A stretch of 64,000 bases of DNA from Marsupella aquatica (taxonomy: Eukaryota; Plantae; Marchantiophyta), in the NCBI GenBank assembly GCA_973895155.1, contig OZ316892.1, forward strand, positions 23,227,168 through 23,291,167. Reading direction: 5' to 3'. Each line of letters begins with the position of its first letter. Positions within the stretch are counted from its first letter, which is position 1. A program made the translations under genes and the position numbers. The notes below the pieces were generated by a model that searched no databases, was not told the DNA's origin, and saw only the letters and a program-made list of their open reading frames with translations. Positions 14,810 to 26,679 of the stretch are shown here, one piece after another.

Positions 14810-16429
14810 CAGCTTTTTACTACCCTATCTCCCAAACTAATGGAATTTACTAAAGTGTCCCCCAAATAGCTTGATTTACTAACCTGGCCCCTATTTTGTA
14901 CATGAGTTAGTAAAATTGCTTCAGTAGACATAATTTGACTCTGTCCTCATTGGCATGGGGCCTCCTGCCCATCACGTGGCAAGGCGCCATTGACTGCGGA
15001 TTAATTTGTTGGTTCTCCCCATGCTCTGCTGCAGGGCAAAACACTTCAAAAGTTGTTGCTTTCCCCGGTAAGAATAGAGTTTGGCTGCACTTGGCGGCCC
15101 TGGAACTTTTGGCCAGGAACATGGGGAAGGGGGAGATAAGCGGGTTAAGCCCACAACCAATCATGCCTTGCCACGTGGTAACGAGAGGCCCTAGTACACC
15201 AATGAGGACAAAGGTTGAGTTACATCTACCGAGGCAATACTAACCTATATGCGAAATGGGGGTTAGGCTAGTGAATAACTTTGTATGGGGACAACTTGGT
15301 AAATTTCTACAGTTTGGGGTACTAAAGACATGTACAAAATGGGGGTCAAGTTACTAAATAAATTTGTTTGAGGGGCACCTTGGTAAATTTCTGATATATA
15401 TGCTTGATGGGCCCCTTGGTGAACCTTTCTTACCTGATGGGCCCCTAGGTAACTTTTTTTACCAAGTAGGACCCCTTTTAATGACCAGTACACCTGTTCT
15501 TGTGTGGTGCCTACACCTGTCCTTGTGTGGTGCCTACTATGTATGGTGACTCCAAGAAAATTGCATAGTTGAACCGTGTAGTCAACCTTGCATGGTCGAT
15601 CGAGAAACCACGGAGATGATTCGGGAGAAACCGCGAAAAGCGACTACCGCTGTCGAAACTGCAATTTGAAGACAATATGCATTATGTCTTCGGATTCACT
15701 GGGTTAATGCCTGAAGACTCAATGGATTATGTCTTCCCGTGTTTCAAGGTTTAGGGTTTAGGGTGTACCCCGACACCTTTGGGTTTGTCTTCTTTTGAAA
15801 TTGTTTGTATGCATTGCACAGGGGAATATTACCATTTTTTGAGCGCATTTGTCAATCATTTGCCAATTTTTGTTGTGGCGGCAGTAGGCAAATTCCGAAC
15901 ATTGAACTTGAATATTCTTTGTGGACATTTGGAGGTACCCCACACTGATGCTGACAGTCGTGCATGAAAACACCGTGAAAAACCCATGTGCGCAATGTGA
16001 AAAACATACCTAATAATTACCCCACGATACGGTAAAAAATTGAACCCGAAGACATAATCCATTATGTCTTCAGGCATTAACCCAGTGAATCCAAAGACAT
16101 AATGCATATTGTCTTCAAATCGCAGTTTCGACAGCGACAATCATTTTTCGCGGTTTCTCCTGAATCATCTCCGTGGTTTCTTGGTCGACCATGCAAGATT
16201 GACCGCACGGTTCAACTATGCAGTTTGCTTGGAGTCACCATACATAGTAAGCACCACACAAGGACAGATGTAAGCACCACACAAAAACAGGTGTCCTGGT
16301 CTTTAAGAGGGATCCTACTTGGTAAAAAAAGTTACCTAGGGGCCAGTAGGGTAAGAAAGGTTCCGAGGGCCCATAAAACATATATCTGGTAAATTTCTAC
16401 AATTTTGGGTAACATGTAGTAAAAAGATG
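14810..16429. mobile_element. Older Mutator-like foldback/MITE (outer element)
   Basis: Termini CAGCTTTTTACTAC ... GTAGTAAAAAGATG. Degenerate inverted arms at ~14830-14986 and ~15165-15330. Flanking 10-mers ATTTAAGAAA (14800-14809) and AATTAAGAAA (16430-16439). Confidence 0.65.
15393..16388. mobile_element. Mutator-like foldback element with ~340-bp TIRs, nested in the outer MITE
   Basis: 15393-15736 is the reverse complement of ~16048-16388 with high similarity. A perfect 10-bp TSD, GTAAATTTCT, lies at 15383-15392 and 16389-16398. Confidence 0.85.
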
Positions 16430-17099
16430 AATTAAGAAAACCACGTGGCAGCTTCTCATTCACGGAGAACTAAATATGTACACGAACGAAAGTTCTGATC
16501 GAAAGAGAGTGCGCCGAGAAAAATGACCTCAGGCAGCATTCGGAAACATTTTCATTCGTCTGCATATTCGCATCAATCTTCCCCTTTTCACGGAAAAGAG
16601 CGATCCTCACCGTCATTCTGCGAGAGCGATGATGGTGACGATTTTGCAATGCGTAGAGAGGAAAGCAGACGTGATGCGTTCCAATTTTGTTATTTACATA
16701 TCTGCACTCACAGTCGGAAGAACTTCACCTTGAAACTCTCTCTTCTCTCTCTCTTCTCTTTCGATCACAGGATGGTGATGAAGTTCGTCAGCAGCAATCC
16801 TGTCTACAATCCTCACCATCGCGGGCACCTCACGCATCCGACTGTCGGTCTGTGTGGCGAGGAGCGCCGGGGAGGAGGAGCAGCTGCGGTCGGCAAATTT
16901 TGCAATCGCTGGCGTTCATCGTTGATAGCAGATTGCCCTTGCGCATTTTGAGTTCGGGAATGTCACTTGACGTGCTTTTGTTCATGCCGCAGATCTTCCG
17001 CCAGTACCAATTTGACCGCCGCGTTTGATTCATTGTCCCGCATTGCATTGCATTGGATTGGATTGCCGTTGCCCGAATTGATTTGGAACACTAGTAGCT

Positions 17100-20000
17100 A
17101 TGGCAGCAGCTCTGGCGAACTGCGGCGGAGGCTGTGGTCGTCGCTCCATTCTTCTTTGCGCCTCCACAACGCACGACGAAAGCGTCTGTCTCAAACTCAG
17201 AGGGCCTCGAGGAGGATTTGTAGGGAAGGGATATAATTCGGGAGGGCTGAATCCGGGACTGCGGCTGCGTGTGGATGATTTTAGTAGCAATAGCTTCAGT
17301 TCGTGTTCCCCGACCGGAACGAGTAAGACGAGGCGATGCGCAATGGGCCAGAATTCGAGGGGTTTAGTGAGCTACAGCAGTAGAAGAGGCAGCGGTGTCG
17401 TGGAGCTGGAAGGCTCGGATGTAGGCAGAGGAGGCAATGTAGTGTGGCAAGATGAGAATAGTTCGCAAGAGGAGCCTGTCGCAGAATCGCCTGGCCGCAT
17501 GGGAGGTGAGAGTGTTGCCTCTTGTCCTGAAATGCCGACGAGGATTGCAGGACAAGAGGAGGAGCTAGATGGTTCCAGTGGAGAAGAGTCGGGAAGTTGT
17601 GATGAGAGGAGTGATGATGTTGGAGTGGGAGGAAATAGCTCGCCCAGTGAGGAGGACAAACAGAAGCTAGGGTTGACAGGGATGCGGTGGAGCATGCTAC
17701 TGAGTACAACGGCATTAGAGGATGCACATCTATCTCGCGCTAGCAGTGTTACAGATGCTCATGTTTTGCGAAGGAAAGGAAGGCTAAAGGAACAGGATGG
17801 TCTCATTGAGTTCATCATATCGATGCACAGCACCCATTCTCCTTTCCAGGTTGGTTCATTTGTCAGCCTTTTCCTGATCTTTCTTAAACCCTGACACGGT
17901 TCTGCCTGTCTTTCGAAGTCGATGTTTCATATAGAGTTAGTCAGTAGATCTACCCTTGAACTCTCATTTGATTCTGCATGGATCTATTTTGTTGTTAGCA
18001 ATACCTCACCTGGTCATGGTTCACTGAGTACTTATCTGCGACTCAACCTTAAAAGGAGTTTGCTTTCCATTGAGATTTTCCTGCTCCCTGTAAATTCATC
18101 TTGCATGGAAACCGTGATTATTACTTTACACTGGTCCTTTTTCTTTTGGTTCACACTCCAAGACTTGTTAGAAATCTCGAAACTTAAGTACCAGGTTGTC
18201 CCATTCTGGAAGTGAATGCGGGTCTACTTCTAACAGGCTACAAATCAGGAGGTGACAAAGAAGTCAGTCTTGTGAGGGTTTAGGATTTAGGGTGCACTGC
18301 CTCCACAAATGACTGTTCTCGTGACGACACATCTTCATTGATTGTTGATGGGTTGGAATGTTATCATGCGCTGCTGCTTTCATTTCACAAGGGTAGTCTG
18401 CCACTCGTGCGTCAGTCTTATTTCTAGGTCCTTATGGTGCATCCCTCATCGACTGAAATTGTCACGGCGTAGGTCATGGAGAAGATGGAAGAATGGGTTG
18501 AAGAGCATCTCGAGGATCCCAGGCGAAGCACTTTGAACAAACTCGTGCCCGAGATTGGTCGTTTCTATACTCCACTGCCGCTTGTTCGTGCTCTGAAGGA
18601 GTACGATGAATTTGCTTCCCTTTCACGTCGGAAATTTGTGCCTCCAAATTTTGCAGAAATACGCCACGTCTTAAATATTGCTCAGGTTCGTTCCTTTATT
18701 TCATGGATCCATGCAATCAAGTTACCAACTTATTACTGATCTGTTTCATGAATCAAGTTTAAATTCAGCAGACAAGCCAGTATGCTCTTAAGAGTTTCAC
18801 CGAGACTTTTTAAGCCCGTAAGGCATGAGCTTCACAGCTAATCTTTTGCGATTATGTTCTGCAAGGCTCTTATGATGAATATGTGAAAATGAGTGTTTAG
18901 AGTTTTGAAGTGTCCCTGTCTGTGGCAGGTCCATGCGATAGCACCAAAGATTTCGCTATTGACATTCGATGCAGATGGGACCCTCTATGCAGACGGCCAT
19001 CACATACAAAGAGACAATAAGATGATAGGCCATATTATTAAGCTCATGCAACAAGGAGTCAATGTTGCCATTGTTACTGCTGCTGGTGAGTACATACGTC
19101 CTCTGCTCTGTTGTATCAGGATCAACGTGGCCTACTCTTTTCGTGAGGACGTCCTATTTTCTTCAAATGAGTGCAGTGTCTGAGACACATGTTAATCTAT
19201 TTCTAGCTGCTTTAGTGATAAATGACCTGTCAGTACAGCAATGAGTATTTGCTATGTCATGCCTTCCAAGTGATTGCAGCCCTACTGTGACTAAATTGGA
19301 AAATCTTGTTTGCTCGTTTTAAGAACAAGTGTTCTCTTAGAAAGTAGCAGATAGGTGGCGGAAAACATATATCATGTGAGTGGAAAAACAAACAAGCTGA
19401 ATTGATAATTTTAAGTGCTTTGATACTACAGGATATCCCGGAGATGCTGCTAAATATCAAGATAGATTTGCTGGCCTTTTGGCTGCCTTCAAAGATCTGA
19501 ATCTGCCCGCAAGGATAACCCAACTTTTTCATGTTATGGGTGGTGAATGCAACTACCTTCTTCGAGTGAAGAGCGATTATCACCTAGAGTTTGTGCCTGA
19601 TGAGCTATGGAAGACTCAGGACATGCAGGAGTGGGCCGAGGGTGACGTGGTCAAGCTTCTTGATGAGGCACAGATTGCATTGTTGTCTGCTGCCGATCGA
19701 TTAAAACTTCCTGTTCAACTTATTCGGAAGCCCAGAGCTGTAGGAGTTGTTCCAACTGAGCCCACAATATATGAGGTATTGATTGGGTCATCTTTCAAGA
19801 TCAGTCTTTTCTAGCAGTACTTAGTATTGTTGGGAAGGAGTTTAAGGGGCCCAATACCAGATCCAGATATGTTGAATCAAATTTACATTGATTTTTGGAA
19901 CCTTCGAGTCCTGTGCTTAAGCCTTTTGTGTACGTGCTTCGCAGGTTCTGGAGGAGATGGCTCTGACTGTGCAGGTGCGCCTCGTGGATTCAAAGTTGCC

Positions 20001-20915
20001 CTTCTGCGCTTTTAATGGTGGCAACGGTGAGCTGAAGATCTTCCTTCTGCTATAATAATTTCTGTCATGGAGTCATAATTAATCACGACTGTTTTCGAAT
20101 ATATGAATTTGGCTAGGGATTTTCTTCATCTTGACAACCCTGTTCTGCTGTCTAGACGGTGGGAGAGCAGATGAAATCTGCTTTGGACTGATCCAGTGCA
20201 CTTTCGTTTTGTGGCTGCGCAGATGTTTTTGTAGATATCGGTACGTGTGCCATTGGAGGACAGCTTGAGGAGTGTTCGCCCTAGTGCTGCTTAAATTTTA
20301 TTCTCAACGTCCTTGCCATTCTGTTTACTTAGTACGAGGGCACCAACGGTGTATCTGCTGTGTTAAGAGTAGAAATCAACTTGATTCGAAATGCTTCAGC
20401 CTAACTTGGATGCCCATTCTCGTCCTTTGAGTTGCAAGTATTTAGTAGGAGTTTCAATGTAGGTTTGCGTTCGTAATTGGTTGTGTTCTGTGCTTACAAG
20501 GATTCTGGTTTTACGTGCAGGAAACAAGTCTGTTGGGCTTGAAGCACTGATGAAATTTCTTAGGAAAGGCCCAAAAGAAACCTTGCATGTGGGAGATCGA
20601 TTTACTGTTAGTGGAAATGATTCAGCAACTAGGTCAAAATGCTCCATTCTGTAAGTTCCAACTCCTGATTCCGTGACAGCAAATGTATTTTGGGAACCTC
20701 TTGTGTGTTCAACAATGAAATGAACGCAAAACCTTTTTTCAAGTCTACCTTATCGCGACAGACTGTATGGTAAGTAAACAATTGTCTTGTCATGGTGCAG
20801 CTGGGTGGCTAATCCTGAAGAGACGGGTTTCTTCACAAGGGTCCTTCTCCGTGAAGTGCAGCTAGCACGACAATTTTGTTGCGAAGAAAAAATCCCAGGC
20901 CTCATCATAAATTAA
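17100..20915 (+). CDS. ISN1: IMP-specific 5'-nucleotidase (ISN1 family, HAD superfamily) with a long N-terminal extension. Exons ~17100-17849, 18473-18685, 18929-19085, 19432-19775, 19945-20026, 20223-20240, 20521-20650, 20801-20915
   Basis: FVPPNFAEIRHVLNIAQV, HAD motif I LLTFDADGTLYADG, IVTAAGY, VMGGECNYL, FCAFNGGNDVFVDIGNKSVG, LHVGDRFTVSGND, WVANPEET. Splicing is in frame at GT-AG. Confidence 0.9.
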
Positions 20916-22129
20916 TCGACAATCCTCTCTGAGCCTGGACTTCAAGTTAAGGATGAGAACAGCTGGGTAAGTAAACAGCATTTTGAGAATTTCTTCTCGT
21001 CGCAACGATACAAGATTTTATGATAGTAAGGTTAGAGAATCGGTTTTATCATAGTAAATGTAGAGAATCACTTGAGACGGATGGCATTATACCAAAATAG
21101 ATCATAGTTCTGTTGGAGCCGAATGATGGAATACTATCTTTCAGCCCAAGTTTTGCACGAGCACGACGATGCATCTGACGAGAGGATCTTATAAATCTGT
21201 ACCATAGTCGACTGTGTAGAGAAGCTATTCCGTACCCGGCCATATCTTTGGATCCTGTCCTGGATGGAAGGCCGGATTTCTTTGAAATTTCTATATAAAT
21301 ACCATCTGTCAACTGCTTTCTGGTAAGTTTGTAAGGGTCTGTGGTCCATGTCCAATGCGGCTTCAGATGTTTCAATCCAATTGTCACACATTCAACAAGA
21401 ATCTAAATTGTGGGTTCAGATGTGATCATCAGATTGCTATGGATCGAAACTGAAATTGAAGTCAGTTGGACTGAAACGTCCTCGTGTTTGTTGCTTTTAA
21501 GGCATTTTTTTCTTGAGAGGCTGGTAAACCCTAAACAAATACATCAATTATCTGTCCACCTGTTCTCTATCAAAGTAAAGTGTTCTATCGATAGATAGGC
21601 TCAGCGACATCATATAACCAATCTATCCACATAGAGTACACGCCTTCGATTCTCGACGCATTCAATCGCCCTCACTTCCATGCAAGCCGCGACGGCTGCT
21701 TTACAGAAAGGTGTTAGAGACCAGCCCTGCATCAGGTTCCTGTTCAAGTTTCCGTTGAGCTCTGGAAACTCCCACAAGTAAACAGATAGCGCGATTTCAT
21801 GTTCGGAAACAGGCATTTCTCGCAGAGCTCTCATTCCCACAGGACCCTGAAGGAGAAGAGATTCCACGACAAGACTGGTGACCCTAATTGACTACAACTT
21901 CTTGTCCAGAGCATTTCCACCCCCAACGAATATGGTGCCTCTTCTTCGGATGATAAGATTCAACACATGCCAGATCGCTGTGCCAGATCGCTGTGCCCAT
22001 GCCAGTCTACTTATCGGCAAGATTGTACACAACCAAGTGTTCCCATGCTAATCCGCGACAAGACTATTAACCCTAATTGACCAAAATCGTGGCCGAGAGC
22101 ATATCATCAACACAATAAGATCATTGTGA

Positions 22130-22588
22130 TCATTGTGCCCATGCCATACTGAATTTGTCGGCAATATTGTACAGAACCAAGTGCTCCCATGATGTTCCCA
22201 TAACCCTTTTGCCACCAACGGCAAATGTCAGCGACCACCCCAGCAGCACCGTCGAGAATGCGAGGCAGCATATTGCAGACCACGCAACATAAGACCGAGT
22301 CGGAGGGTCCAACTCTCGATGGCGCAGCACAGGCCAAAAGTAGAAACAGTTCGCAAACCACAACCACGGCAGAAAGAAGAACCCTCCATAGAAGTAATTG
22401 CGCGCTAACTTCAACGCCTCGTCTTGCTGCGCTCCCAGCGATCCATCCACTGTCAACCACTGCAACGTTATTATTGTGCCTCCCGCCTGCTCAGTGCTAC
22501 GTATCTCCTCACCTGCTGCCGGACTGCTGTTGCCTTCTGCCTCCCTCAACGGCACCCTCTCTCCTGCGCCGCCTTCGCCCTCCTCCAT
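22130..22588 (-). CDS. PEN2: Gamma-secretase subunit PEN-2, intronless CDS
   Basis: WLTVDGSLG...ARNYFYGGFFFLPWLWFANCFYFWP...YVAWSAI...WSLTFAVGG...WEHLVLYN matches plant PEN-2. ATG at 22588. Confidence 0.93.
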   Translation of the reverse strand: MEEGEGGAGERVPLREAEGNSSPAAGEEIRSTEQAGGTIITLQWLTVDGSLGAQQDEALKLARNYFYGGFFFLPWLWFANCFYFWPVLRHRELDPPTRSYVAWSAICCLAFSTVLLGWSLTFAVGGKRVMGTSWEHLVLYNIADKFSMAWAQ

Positions 22589-22619
22589 CGTTTGCCGGCT
22601 CCTCCTCACAACACAGTTT

Positions 22620-23200
22620 GCTCCACACAACTCAGAGCGAATCCCTCATTGCTTGGCCGCCTCCAGAACACAATTCGCTCTACAAAATTCAAAGCAAAAT
22701 TCCTCATTCCTTGTTGAGAACTATCTGCAGACGACGAGCATCGCCAGTAAACAATCCACAATCAAGGATCCCCTCTAGACGATGTGGAGCGCGATCGACG
22801 TGCGTACCAGAAATGAAACAAAAAATCGTTTCTCCACACAAATCACAGCGAATCCGCTCATTCCTAGTTGAGACCTATCTGCTGACGACGAACATCGCAA
22901 GTAATCAATCAAAGATCCCCTCTAAACGATGTGGGGCGCAATCAATGTATGTACCAGAAATGGAACAAAATTCGTTTCTCCACACAAATCACAGCGAATC
23001 TCTCATTGCTCAGCCGCCTCAACAACACAATTCGCTCTGCAAAGTTCAGAGCGAAGCCCTCTTTCCTAGTTGAGAACTATCTGCCGACGACGGCCATCAG
23101 CAGTAATCAATCGACAATCAAGGATCCCCTAGAGGAGATGTGGAGCGCGATCGACGTATGCATTAGAAATGGAACAAAAACTCGTCTTTCCACACAATCC
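22620..23200. repeat. Three-copy degenerate tandem repeat (~150-bp core, with an ~80-bp module duplicated) in the PEN-2 leader/promoter
   Basis: TTGAGAACTATCTGC.GACGACG...AATCAAGGATCCCC...GATGTGGAGCGCGATCGACGT...AGAAATG.AACAAAA...CCACACAA recurs at ~22710, ~22865 and ~23070. Confidence 0.85.
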
Positions 23201-23269
23201 GGGGAGAATTCTCTCTTCTCTCCTCGAGAACTTACGACACTCTACCGTGTCTAAGTGAGACCCTTAACC

Positions 23270-25020
23270 TGCACTTATCCAGGGTATTCACTAGTTCATA
23301 AGTGCACGAGTGAACCTTTGTGTAACATTCCTTCTTCTTCGTCTATCGATAAGTGCAAGTTGCAAGATTTTGCACTTATGAAGTAGTGCGAAGCATTTAT
23401 GCCTCGATAGGTAAATGCAAATCCTAAGCTTTTGCACTTATGACGTAGTGCTAACCTAGTTTAGTGTACAGGGGATGTTTCTTCCAGGAGTGTGCACTTA
23501 GAGAGAAAGACTCTAGTTAAACCACAATTGCCCTATAAAGGGCTACTGGTAACCAGTAGCTCTCATTGTAAAGAGCCTCATTGGAAAGAGCACAGGGTCA
23601 GGAATGGGCTATGAACTTCACAAAAGGTGCTGACTGCAAAACCTTTTTTTGGCAAATGTTCCACAAAAGGTGCTAGTGTTCCACCTTTTATGGTGAGTAA
23701 TGAAACATGGAATAAGGCTTTTATAGTGGCAGGTGTGGTGCTACTCCTGGGAGTGTGCGCTTAGAGTGGCACAACTCTATGTGTGCGTGCAAACCCCTAG
23801 TTAAGTATAGGATAATGACATAACCCTCAAACCAGCAAGTGACCAAATATAGGATAAGGAACGTCTGGGCATAACTATACTAGGATGAATTCCTATGACC
23901 AGAAAGTGAAGAAAAGTTGTTAAGTATAGGATAATGACAGTCCGGGTATGGGGTTACTGGACTGTAACCTTCAAACCAACAAGTGAGGAAATATAGAATA
24001 AGGACCGTCTGGGCATAGTGTTACTAGGTTGTATTCTTATGACCAGAAAGTGAATAAAAGTTGACTGGCAACAACCAGGAAGCTTTCCTGAGCAATTTGG
24101 GAAGAAGGTTTAGTGTAGAACCCAACCCAGGCAATCCTCATGGTGCGAAAATACAGTCAGGAAAAAAGTCAACGAGCATGACTTTCTGGGCATGAGATTA
24201 GGGATAGAGCATAGGCCTCCAGAAATCCTTACACACCGGTAACTTTGATTCCATACTAAATTTACTAGCTGATAGGCAGTAGCTAGGAAACTTTCTTAGT
24301 GTGCGCTTAGAGAGGCACAACTCAAACCCTAGTTAAGTATAGGATAATGACCGTTTGGGTAAGGGGTTACTAGACTGTTAGTAACCCTCTTACCAGAAAA
24401 TGTATAAGAGCTGATAGGCACTAGCTGGGAAGCTTTATGAGTGTGGGCTTAGAGAGGCATGCTGCAAACCCTAGTTAAGTATCGGATAATGAAGCTTTTC
24501 TGAGCATTCTAGCAGGGTTATCCCAACCCAAAGTGACTTTGTATTATGTAAATGTGGTACAAAAAAAGTTACCCCAATCACAACTTTCCGGACAATAGAT
24601 TATGGAAATAGCATGGACCTCCAAAAATGGTTACTCACCGGTATACTCTATTTCATTCCCCATTTACATGGACACCAGATGGTTCTCCCACAAGTGTAGG
24701 CTTAGAGAGGCACAAATGTATGTGTTGCAAACCCTAGATAAGTGGACAGTGTATGCTTACTCCGGGAGTGTGCAATTAGAGAGGCACGATGCAGACCCTA
24801 GTTAAGTGTATGTCTGGTGCTTCTTCTGGGAGTGTGCGCTTAGAGAGGCACAACTATATTTGTTGCAAACCCTAGTAGTATACACCGGATGCTTTTATGG
24901 GGAGTGTGTGCTTTAGAGAGCACGAATGGATGTGTTGTGAACCCTAGTTAAATGGACACCTAGTGCTTCTTCCCTAGGATGAGTGCTTTAGAGAGGCATG
25001 ACTGTATGTGCACTGGACAG
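23270..25020 (+). repeat. Degenerate repeat block (GGAGTGTGCGCTTAGAGAGGCAC...AAACCCTAGTTAAGT and AGGATAATGACAGT units), probable TE relic
   Basis: About 9 copies of the GAGTGTGC.CTTAGAGAG motif. Segments are shared with 2845-3285, 50880-51850 and 54410-55320. Confidence 0.65.
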
Positions 25021-26679
25021 TTGATTAAAAGGTACAGTAGAACACGGAGTTGAAAGTAGAAGAGAGATTGCTGATATTTTGTGTAGGGTAACCAGGGTTT
25101 CCTTTTGTATTTTGGGCTCCTCGGAGGCTCCTCAAGAACATCTTCTGATTTGTCCGCAATTGGGGGCCAAGAACACCACAAGCCTATGGGTTTGGTTCCA
25201 TAAGTAAGGGGTAGGGGGTCCAAGCACACTCCATCAAAACCCTGGTCCCAGGGTAGTCTGGCTCCATATTGCACAGTTGAGTGAAGTAATATTTTGATTT
25301 TGTTCAATCTAGAATGTTGCCAAACCTAAGCTTGGATGGACCAAGACATTGTCCCTGCCCATCCCCATGGACTACTTATTGGAAAGAAAAAGGGACCAGC
25401 TACATTTTGGATGGAACTCAAAAGTGAGATTTCAGTCACAAAGTAGATGAAGACCTAACTACCCTGTGGAGTAATTTGTCAAGACATGAAAGCCCATTTT
25501 TGAAAATGCCATAAGTACTGATAATATTGGTGACAACTTGATGGTTTCCTTAAGCAGCTGGCTTGAGTCCTCCATGTGGGAACAATCCAGTGCCTCAGAC
25601 ATTTTTTACCACACCTTCCTGCTCAGAGAACCATTTGGCTCTATTTCAATTCGGCTGAGGTTGTACTTTCAAGGCAAATAAACCTCATCCTTCTCCTGGC
25701 AACATTGTTGAGCAGTTAGGACTACATTGCACAGAGTATAGATCCCATTTTGCTGGAGAGCTCAACAAAGATGGATTCCAGTCCCTTTGCGTATGTTATT
25801 GTGGTCACATATGTCGCTTGTCCAAGAGCATGGTTGCCAAATCCAATGGTACACCTAAAACTTCACAATTTCAGGTCATATAAACCACGTGTGTGTGAGA
25901 GGCAGCTGAGAAGATCATATATATTATTTGCCAAGGTACGTAAAGAAGCATTTGCCTCCTTGCCTCCTTTGAGAAAACACCCAAAAAAACCCAATGTGGT
26001 TAACCCAGGCAAGTCAGGTTTTGCACACACACTTGTAAACCGCAACACCACAATTACAATGTGATCTAATGTGAGGTGTTCTGGTAAAAGAACCCATGGT
26101 GTAAACCTGCCAAGAGAAGCAGTGGTGCTAACCCAGATGAAGCCCAGCCCCCTAACAGTTAATCTGCTAATAAGGAAATCAACACTGTTATCACATTTGC
26201 CACTAGTGGGCTTTTTGTTTTTTGGCTTCTTGGCTCTTTGGTCAGCCTGAGTTTTCCCTTGTTTTCTCCCCTTCATTATTGGGTCTCTTGACTTTTGGAA
26301 GTCCGTGTCCAGGGTTTACACTCTTTGTTTGTTTGCAGTTTGACATAGCTTATAGCTGGTGTTATTACTCAGGTCAAGTCAGGTCAATTGTTTTGATACT
26401 AGAGTAAGAAAACCAATTGTCTTAAACCACCACTGGTCCATATAAAAAGAGAAGTATCCAAGACTTTTCACTTTTTCACATTTCTCTCCTCTAGTGTGAG
26501 ACTTTGCTCCATATTTTCAGAAAAAATACTAAAAATGGTGAAACCTGGTTTTTGTCATGGACAATGGCGCTTTAAGCTGTCAAGTCTGGTCACTTGTCAT
26601 CCTGTTAATCAGAAACCAGTGGTGTCAACTCTGGTCAATTCTGATCACTTGCTTCCTGCTAATAAGACAACCAAGTAGC

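Noticed and set aside
15263-16392. Paired similar ORFs on opposite strands
   Set aside because: They are a by-product of the long inverted repeat and show no transposase motifs.
16523-16951. 142-aa ATG ORF upstream of ISN1
   Set aside because: It has no recognisable motif and the TSS is unknown, so a uORF role is unsupported.
22225-23073. 282-aa plus-strand ORF
   Set aside because: It is antisense to PEN-2 and extended by tandem repeats, with no recognisable domain.
25863-26276. 137-aa minus-strand ORF
   Set aside because: It is largely a translation of decayed units of the adjacent 145-bp repeat.
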